64,000 nucleotides of DNA, taken from an uncultured Planctomycetota bacterium. Its GTDB lineage: Bacteria > Planctomycetota > Planctomycetia > Isosphaerales > Isosphaeraceae. Made by a program: the position numbers and the translations under genes. The notes under the pieces were generated by a model. The model was not told where the DNA came from. It worked only from the letters and a program-made list of their open reading frames with translations, and did not search any database. Position 1 is the stretch's first letter, and every line of letters starts with the position of its first letter. Shown piece by piece: positions 34,401-46,327 of the stretch. Location of the stretch: contig CAWGMQ010000008.1 in assembly GCA_963823665.1 (NCBI GenBank), forward strand, positions 768,001 to 832,000, in the 5' to 3' direction.

Positions 34401-37400
34401 CGCTCGTCGAGGGCAATTACATCGGCACGGACCAGACCGGAACCGAGCCGTTGCCCAACACGGGCGACGGGGTGTCGGTCGACGACGCCTCGGGCGTTAC
34501 CATCGGCGCCACAGTGCAGAGCGCGGGCAACGTGATCTCGGGCAACGCGCAATCGGGTGTATCGATCACCGGGACCACCACGACGGGGATCCTGATCCTG
34601 GGCAACCGCATCGGCACCGACTACACCGGCTCATTGCCCGTGGGGAACACGTCCTTCGGCGTGATGGTGAGCGGCACGCCCGGGGTCGTGATCGGGGGCA
34701 CAGCGCCCGGGTATCGGAACATCATCTCGGCCAACACCACCGGCGGCATCGGGCTGTACGCGGATACGACCGGTGCGCTCGTCGAGGGCAACTACATCGG
34801 CACCGACATCACCGCCTCGCAGCCGCTGGGCAACGGAAACGGCATCCAGATCGACGGGGGCTCGTCCGACAACACGATCGGCGGCACAGTCGCCGGCGCC
34901 GGCAACACGATCGCGTTCTCGACGGGCACCGGCGTGTATGTCGACTTCACGGCCGGGACCTGCAACGAAATCCGGCTCAACTCGATCTTTTCCAGCACCG
35001 GATTGGGGATCGCCCTGGGGAGCACCACTGTCACCCTCAACAACTCGGCCGGGCATGTCGGACCCAACGACTATCAGAATTTCCCCGTACTGACCATGGT
35101 CTCGAGTGCGGGTGGCTTGACGACCGTCACAGGCACGTTGAACAGCACGCCGGACACCACGTTCGAGCTCGATTTCTACACGCTCTCATCGATGAACATT
35201 TATGGCTATGGCGAGGGCCGGTACGTTCTGGGCTCGAAGCCGGTGACGACGGACGACACGGGCAACTTCAGCTTCAGCTTCAATTTCCCGACCCCCGCGG
35301 GCGGGGCCAAGTTCGTTGCGGCGACGGCCACCGACCCGAGCGGCAACACGTCTGAGTTTTCTCAGGCTTATGGTGTCGATACGCCGCCTACCGCCGTCAT
35401 CGGGTTCACCAGCATCACGGTCGACGCGGGAGCGTCGATCCCGTTCGATGCCCTGGGATCGACCAGCCCCAGCGGTCTTCCACTCACCTATTCCTGGTCG
35501 TTCGGCGATGGCGCGACCGCGTCGGGGCCGGAGCCGATGCACGCGTACGCCGCGCCGGGGCCAGAGACCGTGACCTTGACCGTCAATGACGGGTTCGGTG
35601 GAATCGACATCGCCACGGCCAAGGTCAATGTCGACGACGTCGCGCCGGTGTTCACTCCCAACAATTATACGCCGCCGCTGGCCTACACAACGCCCACACC
35701 CGGCGACGGATTTGGCGACTCCGTCGCCTCGAACTACGGCAATGTCGCGATCGGCGCCCCGCTAGAAAACGGCACGGGCGCGGTCTACCTGTACGACGGC
35801 GTGTCCACTGACGACGGGGTTTCCTCAACTTACATTTATGGCGCGCTCATCCACACGTTCACGGACCCTAACACCGAGCCCGGCGATGAGTTTGGTGCAT
35901 CGCTGGCGGTGGTCGGCAACGAGCTGGTGATCGGGGCCCCCGGCAGCTCGCTCTCCGGGCCCGGCGACGGCGTGGCGTACGTTTACGACGCCAATGTCGA
36001 AAGCACGACCTTCGGGAAGTTGCTGGCGACACTCGAGATTCCCAATCCCGACCTCATGAATGATGCGCATTTCGGCGCCGCGGTCGGCACGACCGACACG
36101 AATATTGTGATCGGCGCGCCCGGCAGGGATGGCGGCACGGGCGAGGCTTACGAGTTCGAAGGCGACACCACGCAGGCGAACTTCGGTGATCTTCTGGTGA
36201 AGTTCATCAACCCCGACGGACAGGCCGGCTCGGGATTCGGTGCGGCGGTCGCGGGTATCGGGGACAACGTGATTGTCGGTGCACCATCCGACAGCACGGC
36301 GGGTGCGGGCACGGGGACCGTCTATCTGTTCGACGGCACGAGCGGAGCGGAGTCCGTGGCGATCCTCAATCCGCACCCGGCCGACTCGACGGGGTTCGGC
36401 TCGGCGGTTGCGTCGGTCGGATCAAATATCCTGGTCGGGTCGCCGGATGACAACACCGCCGGGCCCGGCGCGGGTGCGGCATTCCTGTTCCTTCCGACGG
36501 GCCTGTTGCGCACGACGTTCGTTCAGCCCGATGGCGGCGGCGGTGGCTTCGGCACCTCAGTCGCGGGGACGCAGAACACGGCGCTGATCGGCGCACCCGG
36601 TGCCCACCTGGCGACGAGCGACGCCGGGGCCGCCTACCTCTTTGATGCCGATCCGGCGAGCCCGACCTTCAGCCGGGCGATCGGCGCTGTGCAAGAGGCA
36701 ACACCCACCACGGGCGACGCCTTTGGCACCGCGGTCGGATTCGACACCGGCGCCCTGATCGTGGCGCGGCCGGGGCGATCGGTTCGGGAATCACGGGGGC
36801 CGAGGCCGTCGATCTTTATCAGCAAGGTGCGACGCTCTCTCTTTCCTCGGCCCTGACCTACGCCACCCCCGCGCCATACGACTCGGTGATCGTGAGCGGC
36901 ACGTACCTGGACGCCAACACCTCGGCGACGCTCAAGGCGACGATCGACTGGGGCGATGGGTCGGCCTCGACGGTTGTGATGCTTCCACCAGGGTCTTACG
37001 CTTTCTCCGCTCCGCACGACTACCTGGCTGACCCGGCCGGCGGCTACTACAGCATTGGCGTGACCCTGACCGACCAGGGTGGCGAGACGACCGTCGCAGA
37101 AACGACCGTCACCGTCAGCAGCCCGGAGCCGCACTTCGCGTCGCCCGGCCTGGTGCTATCGTCGTCGAGCATCGTCGAAGGGGGCACGGCCCAACTGAGC
37201 GGGAAAATCACGAGCCCCGGCGGCAGCGACGGCAACACGATCGCGATCAACTGGGGCGACGGCACCGGTCCCACCACGATCTCACTCGCTCCGGGCATCG
37301 ACACGTTCTCGACAACCCATGCGTATCCGGCGAACCCGATTGGGGTCGAATCTGCGAATTACACGATCAACGCTTCGGTGACCGACCAGTCGACGGAGAA

Positions 37401-40400
37401 GGCAGGATACGAGTCGGCGACAGTCACCGTGAACAAGGTGGCCGCGCAGTTCACCACGGCCGACCTGAGCTTGTCGACGACGACCGCCAACGAGGGAGAC
37501 ACGATCACACTCAGCGGCCAGTTCACCGACCCGGACGCGGTCAGCTCGTACACGGCGACGATCAACTGGGGCGATGGGGCTACTCCGATCACTCTCAAGG
37601 AGTCGCTGGGGCAGATCGTCGCGTCCTTGATCACGCCGGGGCTCTACACGTACTCGGCCACTAATCAGTATCTCGATAACCCGCCCGGCGAACTGACCGG
37701 GGGCAGCTACCCGATCAGTGTATCCGTCTCCGACGGCGTGAACACCACTTCGGCCGCCACGTCGATCATCGTGAATAACGTTCCGCCGACGGTGGTGATC
37801 GCCAGCGACGTCGATCTGACGAACGGCACGATCACGACGACGGCCAACGTGACCGACCCGGGCTTTCTCCAGATCGAGTCGGTCGCGTGGACGCTGACCC
37901 AGAATGGGATCGTGATCGGGACGGACTCGATCACCGGCACGACATACACATTCCCGATCCTCAACCCACTGGGGGTGCTGGTTGCGAGCGCAACTGTAAC
38001 CGACAGCGACGGCGGCATCGGCTACGGCAGTGCGCAGATGATTGTCATCTATCAGACCGGCGCCTCGGTCGTGATCAACTCGTCCGCGATCACCGTCTCG
38101 ATGGGCGCAACCCAGGTCGCGACGACCTTGCTCTCGGGCGCCGGACAGGTGGTCGCGCTCGTCACCGGGTCGAACGTGGCGGTCAATGCCATGGCCGCGA
38201 CGAACTCGGTCGAGCTCATCGGCTACGGCTCGGATGAGACCCTCCTGGGAGGATCGGGTGATGACCTGCTCATCGCCGGACCGGGGGCCAACAGCCTGGT
38301 CGGCGGCACCGGTGACGACACGCTGGTCTCCAACCAGGGCGACGATACGCTAGTGGGCGGCGGGGGGAACGATGTTTTCCGGATCAATCCCGGACAGGAC
38401 CCGCTGGTGGTCGCTCCCGGCGGGTTCAACACGCTCGACTTCTCGATCGCCACCGTGCCCGTCAGCATCAACCTCGGCATGGAATCGGGCCAGCAGCAGA
38501 CCGTCAACTCGGATAATGACGAAGTTGCCCTCATAGGCCAGTTCAACGCGGTCATCGGCTCGCCGTACGGCGGCAACATCACGGCCAATAGCGGCAACGA
38601 CCTGCTTTATACGACCACCGGGAACTCGACCATCAACGCCGGATCCGGCAGCGATTCGATCGTCGGCGGGTCGGGCAACGACATCATCTACACCACCACT
38701 GGAAACGCCACCATCACCGGAGGATCGGGCAGTGACTCGATCAGCGGCGGGTCGGGCAACGACATCATCTACACCACCACCGGAAACGCCACGATCACCG
38801 GCGGCTCCGGCAGCGACTCGATCTTCGGCGGACAGGGCAATGACATCATCTACACCACCACCGGAAACACCACGATCACCGGCGGCTCCGGCAGCGACTC
38901 GATCTTCGGCGGACAGGGCAATGACATCATCTACACCACCACCGGAAACGCCACGATCACCGGCGGCTCCGGCAGCGACTCGATCTTCGGCGGACAGGGC
39001 AATGACATCATCTACACCACCACCGGAAACACCACGATCACCGGCGGCTCCGGCAACGACTCGATCTTCGGCGGACAGGGCAATGACATCATCTACACCA
39101 CCACCGGAAACACCACGATCACCGGCGGCTCCGGCAACGACTCGATCTTCGGCGGACAGGGCAATGACATCATCTACACCACCACCGGCAACACGACGAT
39201 CACCAGCGGCTCCGGCAATGACTCGATCTTCGGCGGACAGGGCAACGACATCATTTACACTACCACCGGAAACACCACCATCACGGGTGGCTCCGGCAGT
39301 GATTCAATCGTGGGCGGATCGGGCAACGACATCATCTACTTGACCACGGGCAATGCGACGGTGAGCGCCGGGTCCGGCAACGATTCGATCACCGGCGGGC
39401 AAGGCAACGACATCATCTATCTCACGACCGGCAATTCAACCGTCACCGGCGGATCGGGGAACGAGACAATCCTCGGCGGGCAAGGCAACGACATCATCTA
39501 TGCCTATGCCGCCACCGCGCTCATCGTGGGCGGCTCTGGTGACAGCACGATCACCGGCGGCCAGGGCAACGACATCATCGTCGGCGGCTCGGGCAACGAT
39601 TCGATCACGGGCGGGTCGGGCGACGACCAGATCGTGGGCGGATTCGGCAACGACACGATCACGGGTGGGTCGGGCGACGAGACCATCACTGGCGGATCGG
39701 GCAACGACATCATCTTCGGCGGCACCGGCAACGACTTGATCGTGGGCGGCACGGGCAACGACTCGATCGCCGGCGGCAGCGGCAGCGACTCGATCACGGG
39801 CGGATCGGGCAACGACATCATCTGGGGCGGCACGCTTTCGAGTACTGTCAACTCGAGCGGCGCGGCGACCATCGTTTTCACCGGCACGACTGGCAACGAT
39901 TCGATCACCGGCGGCTCGGGCGATGATACGATCTTCGGCGGCAATGGCAGCGACATCATCTACGGCGGACTCGGCGACGACACGATTGTGGGCGGGCAGG
40001 GCGCTGACTCGATTCTGGGCGGCTCGGGCGACGACATCATTTACGGCGGCACCCAGTCGAGCACCTTGAGCGGCGGCAGCGGCAACGACTCGATCTTCGG
40101 GGGCAACGGCAACGACATCATCTACGGCGGCACCGGCGATTCCACGATCGTCGGCGGTACCGGCAACGACTCGATCACGGGCGGCCCGGGCGACGATGTG
40201 ATCTACGGTGGGCCTGGCGACAACACGATCTCCGGGGGCGGCGGCAACGTCACAATCGTGGGCGGCGTGGGCTACGACACGAACCTGGGCGGCGGGACAA
40301 CCGATTCGGTCTTCTCGAGCAATGGCAACGACGTGCTCGAGGGGGGCGGCTTCGATTCGTGGCTGATGGATTTTGGCTCGCAGAACTTGACGGTCACCGA

Positions 40401-43400
40401 CTCGAGCCTCACGACCACGGGCGGCGGCTTGCCCTCGTCAGTCTCGACGTTCAGCGGCTTCCAGAACGTGCTGCTCGCGGCGGGCACGGGGAACTTCACG
40501 CTCGACGCCTCGGGCTTCTCGGGCGGTTCCTTCCTTCAGGGTGGAACCGGCAACGACACGTTGATCGGCGCTCGCGGCGCGGACACTCTGGTCGGCGGCA
40601 CGGGCAACGACTCACTCGTCGGCGGCGGCGCCAATGACACCTTCGCCTTCAACAGTGACTCGAGCGGGGGCCAGACAATCGACGAGCCCCAAGACGGTGG
40701 CGTTGCGGGGCTCGATTTCTCTCAGGCCCCCGCAGGGATCTCGATCAATCTCAGCGAATCCGGGCCCCAGGCCGTGATGCCGGCCACGCTGGGCGACGGC
40801 GCGCTTAACCTGACCCTGGCCGACCCGCTTGGCATCGACAACGTGGTCGGTAGCTCATACGACGACACGATTCTCGGCAATGCCAACGACAACACCTTGA
40901 TCGGTGGCGGCGGCCAGGACCTGATCGCGGGCCTGGCCGGTGACGACGTCATCGAGGGGTCGGTCACCCGGACAGTCTATCTCGACTTCGACACCTACGA
41001 GCTGCCGGGCCAGCACTACTACACCGATGACGAGCGCGAGGCGATCCAGAAGCAGATCGAGACCGACTATTCCGCGTTCTCTTATGTCTTTACCCAGACA
41101 CAGCCGCAGTCGGGGCTGTATACCACGATCTATTTCAACGATCCGACGCTCGTCGGCCTCGAGGGGGGAATCGCGACCGAGATCGACTGGCGCGACCTGG
41201 ACATCTCCGGTACGACGAGCCTCACCGCCGCCGGCCTGGACGTCATTCCGCCCGATACCGGCGGGGTCAACGTCAATAACTTCCTGGGCGGTCCCGGCCA
41301 GCCCGCCGCCTCGAGCGCCGACTTCATCGGCCTGTCGGCCACGATCGCCGCCCACGAGCTGGGGCATCTCTCCGGCCTGGAGCACGCCGACGCGTTCGGA
41401 CCGATCGGCTCGGGGATTTACTCCGGGGTCAAGCCCGGCCTTTACAATCCCAGCTATCCCGGGGCGATCGATGCCAGCGAGACGATCTGGCACATCATGG
41501 CCTCTGGCGCGTCGGTGAACTCGACACTCGAGGATGCGATCAACGACCCGTTCTTCGGCGAGCGGGAGTCGATCGCGCTTGCCTTCGGCGCGAGCGGCTC
41601 ACCGACCAACGAGCAGATCGCTCCACACGATTCGATGGGCGATGCTCAGCCAATCGTGCTTGCGCCGCTGGTCGTGCCCGACACCGACCTCGAGGGCGTG
41701 GATGCCGACAAGTCGTTCGACGTCACCGCCGCCGACGTGGTTGGCTACCTCGGGGAGACAGACGGAGCATCGAACACCGACTTTTATTCGTTCAATGCCC
41801 CGGCGGGCACGCTGATCAACTTTCAGCTCATGTCGGCGCTCTTGACACGGACCGTGGCCCCTGCCGGCACCACCCCGAATGCCTACAACCAGGGGCCGTT
41901 CGACACCTATCTGGCCATTTACAATTCCAGCGGCCAGGTGATCGAGTACAACGACGACTCGTTCCAGGATACCGATTCCTCGATCATCGACCTGACCCTG
42001 CCGTACACGGGCACCTATTACGCGATGGTGACCTCTTCGCCGAATTCGGTATCCCTGAACGAGCCGCTGACCGGAGACTACGAGCTCTTCATGTACACCT
42101 TCGCGACCACTGGCGACCCGCCCGCCGGCGACACGTTGTACGGCGGCCCCGGCGACGACACGATCGTCGGCGGCTCGGCCGACGACACGATCGCCGCCCA
42201 GCCGCAGGACACGATCGTCTACGGCTCGGGCACGGCGACCGTGCTCGGCGCTGCCCCGTACCTCGACGTCTCCGCCGGATCGAATCAGACGGTGAACGAG
42301 GGCCAGTGCGTCACCTTGACCGGCTCGTTCCTCGACCCATTCGAGAACCCCACGCACATCTACGACTGGCACGTCGTCGCGTCGAGCGGCCAGATGATCG
42401 CCGATGGAAACGGCCCGACCTTCACCTTCACCCCCGGCAACGCCGGCACCTACACCGTCACCTACACGGCGTCTGATCCAAACGGCGGCATGGGCACGAC
42501 CCAGGTGGTGATCACCTCTCTGGCCGTCCCGCCGGTGATCACCCCCCCCACAACCGCCGAGACTGCCCTGGCGGGAGTGAACAACTCGATCGGCCTCGGA
42601 ACGCTGACCGTCAAGGGCGATGGTCCGTGGACCGACACGATCAAGTGGGGCGACGGCCAGTGCTCGACGTACGACCCCGCCGGCTCAGGGCCGCTGTCGC
42701 TGGCACACAAGTACGCCGCGCCGGGAACCTACACAATCTGCGAGACCGTCTCCGAGTACGACGGCGACTCCACGACCAGCACGTTTTCGATCAAGGTCGT
42801 ACAAGCCACGACCACCACGATGTTGTCGTCCGCGGCGCCCTCCGCCGTTTACGGCCAGAACGTCACATTCACGGCCACGGTCAGCGGTCCGGGCGTCGCT
42901 ACCGGCTCGGTGGCATTCTACTCCGGGCCGGTCGACCTTGCCGATCAGATCGGAATCGGCACGCTCAGCGTCGTGGGCGGCTCCGACGTGGCGACGTTCA
43001 GCACGCATTCGCTGGCGGTAAGCCGCAATCCGTATGCGATCACCGCAGTTTACGGCGGAGATACCGACGATGTGGGCAGCCCGTCGAATGTCGTGAGTGA
43101 AACGATCAGTCCCGACGGAACGACCACACAGCCTGGCTCGTCCGCGGGCTCGTCGAATTTCGGCCAGGCCATCACGCTCTCGGCCAGCGTCGCACCCAAG
43201 GCGCCCGGTGCGGGCACGCCCACCGGATCGGTCGACTTTTACGACACGACGACCGCCACCGACCTCGGCTCGGTGCCCCTCACCGCCGGCTCGGCGTCCA
43301 CGACAATCTCGACGCTGCCGGTCGGAACCCAGACCATCACGGAGACGTATTCCGGAGACTCGAATTTCACCACCAGCAATGGTGCGGTCTCGCAGACAGT

Positions 43401-44552
43401 GATCCTTTCCATCTACGCCCTCAACGCCTCCACGGTCAGTCCCACGATCACGGGCCCGGTGTATCTTTCCGGCAGCTCGAGCATCAACATCCCAGGGCAA
43501 CTGATCGTCGACTCGCCAGCGAAGCCCGCGGTCACCCTGACCGGAACATCCAGGATCATCGCTTCGAACGGAGTGGAGGTCGCCGGCACCGTTTCGGTAG
43601 CCAGCACGGCCAGCATCGGCCCCGATCTCACAACGGGAATCACGGCTGTCGCCGATCCGCTCACGGGACTCGCGCTCCCGAACCTCACCGGATCCGCGGT
43701 ATCGATCAACGTCACGTCCGGCTCAACGATCATCAGCCCCGGCATCTACAGCCAGATCAAAGTCTCGGGCACGAAATCGAGCCTCGTGCTGAACCCCGGT
43801 GTCTACGTCATCACCGGCGGTGGTCTCTCCGTCACCGGCTCGGCGAGCATCACCGGTTCGGGCGTGATGATCTACAACGCCGGCAGTACCTACCCGGCCT
43901 CGGGCGGTACCTACGGCGGCATCACCTTGAGCACGACGGGCAGTGTCAACCTCTCCGCTCCGACGACTGGCGCCGGCGCGGGGTACCTTTTCTTCCAGTC
44001 ACGCACCAATCCGACGGCGATCTCGATCACCGAGAGCTCGTCGATGACTCTGACAGGGGTCATCTACGCATCGGACGCCCTCATTTCCGCGAGCGGCACG
44101 AGCGCGGCGCGCTGAATGACGCGATGGTCGTCAACCGTATTCAGTTGAGTGGCAGCGCGACCGCGGGCGCACCGGCCGGCATGGCCGTTCAAAGCGTCTC
44201 CGTCGACGTCGCCGCGTCAACGAGCGCGCCGGTTGCTGGGCGGTCTGCCGCTCCCACAGTCTCCGAAGCCGGCACGTTGCCGGACCCGGTGCTCGACGAA
44301 CTGGTTGCTGCTCTCTTGTCCTCGCGAAACGAAGACGTGTCCCACACCGACGCTCTTGGGAGCGGCCAGTCCAGCAAGGTGGCGATCGCGCGGGCCGGTG
44401 ATGGCAGAGTGCGTTCAGCAAATTCCGGCCAGACGTCGATTCCGGGCGGGCCGCTGGCTCGGTTGGAACGGCCCCGGCAGACGAGCAAGAATGTAACGCG
44501 TCTGACGGATTCGCTCGCGATCGTGGCACGCTCGAACACGGACCGAGCATAA
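22465..44552 (+). CDS. Giant (~7,300 aa) surface protein/adhesin: planctomycete leader, SLR-AI (CSLREA-like) caps, long parallel beta-helix repeat array, PKD, FG-GAP propeller, RTX Ca-binding repeats, metzincin protease, PPC-like and bacterial Ig-like domains; frameshifted
   Basis: Leader FLPLDQRMMLS; dozens of NTIGG..GNLISGN..GNLIGTD units. Same-strand fragments 22465..32919, 31851..32201, 32742..34163, 34184..36856, 36886..44115 and 44124..44552 continue the same motifs across apparent single-base shifts near 31810, 31930, 32710, 34150, 36765 and 44105. Also YSWSFGDG (PKD), FGAAVA..IVIGAP (FG-GAP), GGxGxD (RTX), HELGHLSGLEH. Confidence 0.85.
38596..39486 (+). repeat. Coding tandem repeat, 11 x 81 bp (27 aa: NDIIYTTTGN[A/T]TITGGSG[S/N]DSIFGGQG)
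   Basis: Central copies are near-identical at DNA level (e.g. 38761-38841 vs 38842-38922); outer copies diverge. Confidence 0.9.
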
Positions 44553-44685
44553 TGGCGACGGGTGGTTCAGGACTCAGAGCCCACCCGAGGATTTCGCCAT
44601 GCACGTGGCAACGAGGCTCCTCCGGAGCGCCGCCCTGTTCGGCGGGTTGCTGCTCGGCCGCTCATTCGTTTGATTAGTGCCGGGA

Positions 44686-45084
44686 TCAATCAGCCACCGT
44701 TGACGCATATACGACAAGAAAGCAACAGTTCTTTTCGTCACGGCCAGTGCCGACAATCGGAAAATCGATGTGAACGGTTTCGCCGCCGTCCAGCACAATG
44801 GGCGTTTCGCAGCAGTCCACCGTGAACTCGCTCACGGATGACATCAATCGGGCGAGTTCTTCCTCCAGTCTTGCGAGCGAAAGCGGCAGGCCGTCGGAAT
44901 CTGTGATCAGCAGGATCTCTTCTGCTGTCTCCTCCACCTGCACCGATGTTACTGGCTGCCGGACGCCCTCAACTTCGTGCCACTGGCCTGCCGGGTTCCG
45001 CTTGAAGGACGCAAATAGGACCGGCCACTCTTCAGCGCCCTTGCTGTCCTCCAGAATCATTTCCACCAGGCGTTTGAGCTTCAT
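44686..45084 (-). CDS. Hypothetical acidic protein (132 aa)
   Basis: Clean ORF with GTAGGA RBS-like sequence and natural amino-acid composition; no recognised motif. Confidence 0.6.
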   Translation of the reverse strand: MKLKRLVEMILEDSKGAEEWPVLFASFKRNPAGQWHEVEGVRQPVTSVQVEETAEEILLITDSDGLPLSLARLEEELARLMSSVSEFTVDCCETPIVLDGGETVHIDFPIVGTGRDEKNCCFLVVYASTVAD

Positions 45085-45339
45085 GGCAGTCCTACCGCTA
45101 AACGCTCACCGAAAGCTGAGGCGAAAAACGGATTTACACGATTCTGTCGCTTTCAATCATTTGTCGTCAATCGATGATAATCGGACGCGACCACCTCATG
45201 GCGACTCAACCAGCAGATACAGCCCAGGTCTGCCCGCCTGCTGGTGCGTCTGGTCGATTGGAACAGGCGGCCGCATGTCCGTCTCGGAAGTCAGAGGCTA
45301 CGACTTGGCGGATTCTAAACAGGCGGGCTCGGCCAAATG

Positions 45340-45535
45340 AGCCTCGCCCGCTCATCATGGAGTTCTTCTGAAAGCGTTTCTCGGAGACGATGCCCCGCTC
45401 GTCGAGCAGGAACTCGCCCGGATACGGCACGCCCCAGAAGCGGTCCTCCCGGCTCGTGATGCCGAAGGCGGCGTGATGCTCGTACACCTGCTCGTCGAGC
45501 ATCCCCAACTCGCGGATGACTTTGCTGCCCTCGTC
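45340..45535 (-). pseudogene. Internal fragment of an AhpC/TSA (redoxin)-like gene
   Basis: DEGSKVIRELGMLD...GVPYPGEFLLDERGIVSEKRF resembles the C-terminal half of peroxiredoxin-like proteins; no N-terminal half is visible. Confidence 0.5.
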
Positions 45536-45643
45536 TCAACCCCAGCAGAACAGCCTTGGCGTCAGCTCGATCTCAGGAATGCGACGACCAAATTACCTGC
45601 CCGGTGTTCTAGCCCAAGTTTCCTATCCATCCTTTCCATTTCT

Positions 45644-45652
45644 TGTTATGCT
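45644..45652 (+). promoter_or_regulatory. Extended -10 promoter candidate (TGnTATGCT) for the first RRM gene
   Basis: TGTTATGCT in a pyrimidine-rich tract about 155 nt upstream of GTG 45808. Confidence 0.45.
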
Positions 45653-45662
45653 TTGGTCGGTT

Positions 45663-45792
45663 GGTCTGATGACCGAGCGGAACCGCTGGATCTTGCCGAT
45701 CCGGTCGATGACTCTCGCTTGTCTTATCGACCGAATGGGCTTCAACGGAAGCCCCTTTTCTTCTCGACCCTGAAAGGGTCGTCAGCCATTCG
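45663..45792 (+). ncRNA. Highly structured 5' leader (candidate cis-regulatory RNA) of the RRM gene
   Basis: Consecutive hairpins GGTC-tgat-GACC, AGCG-gaac-CGCT, GGATC-ttgcc-GATCC and GGTCGAT..ATCGACC, then CGAATGG/CCATTCG closing GCTTC-aacg-GAAGC and CGACCCT-gaa-AGGGTCG. Confidence 0.5.
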
Positions 45793-45807
45793 TTTCGGAG
45801 TTCAACC

Positions 45808-46170
45808 GTGGGTAAGAAGCTGTATGTGGGCAATCTGACTTACAACGTCAACGAGTCCGACCTGGAGGCGTTATTCTCGCCGTTCGGGTCGGTCCAGAGC
45901 GCACAGGTGATCGTTGATCGGGACACGAACCGATCCAAGGGGTTCGGGTTTGTGGAAATGGGCTCCGACGCCGAGGCTCAGGCGGCGATTCAAGGTCTCA
46001 ACGGACATGATCACGACGGCAGGAACTTGACGGTCAACGAAGCCAAGCCACGGGAGGAGCGTGGGGGCGGCGGCGGTCGAGGCGGCTACGGCGGTGGTGG
46101 CGGAGGAGGTCGGGGCGGCTACGGCGGCGGCGGTGGCTATGGAGGTGGTGGTGGCGGTCGGCGTTATTGA
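45808..46170 (+). CDS. RRM RNA-binding protein with Gly-rich tail
   Basis: RNP2 LYVGNL, RNP1 KGFGFVEM, C-terminal GGRGGYGG repeats; GTG start. Confidence 0.95.
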   Translation: MGKKLYVGNLTYNVNESDLEALFSPFGSVQSAQVIVDRDTNRSKGFGFVEMGSDAEAQAAIQGLNGHDHDGRNLTVNEAKPREERGGGGGRGGYGGGGGGGRGGYGGGGGYGGGGGGRRY

Positions 46171-46191
46171 GCATTCGATACTGCCGCAGGG

Positions 46192-46221
46192 TCAAGAAGC
46201 CTTCTCAACGGGGCTTCTTGA
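46192..46221 (+). terminator. Hairpin downstream of the RRM gene (terminator-like)
   Basis: TCAAGAAGCC...GGCTTCTTGA 10-bp inverted repeat about 20 nt after the stop; no strong U-tract. Confidence 0.5.
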
Positions 46222-46327
46222 TCGACCTGCCCCATAACCGGTGCTTTCTGCATCTGCCTGGGACTTCGGCTCATGGCTGCGCCGATTCATGACGCACGAG
46301 CATTCGGTCACTGCAAATAATTTTAAA

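Noticed and set aside
22465..35000. Diversity-generating retroelement or cassette shuffling among similar repeat segments
   Set aside because: No reverse transcriptase or recombinase in the window and no adenine-specific TR/VR pair seen; ordinary intragenic repeats explain the similarity.
38596..39486. Possible CRISPR array
   Set aside because: Repeats are contiguous, in-frame 81-bp coding units without unique spacers, and no cas genes are present.
31800..44115. Programmed frameshifting or phase variation in the giant gene
   Set aside because: No slippery heptamers or long homopolymers at the junctions, and similar breaks occur in many unrelated genes.
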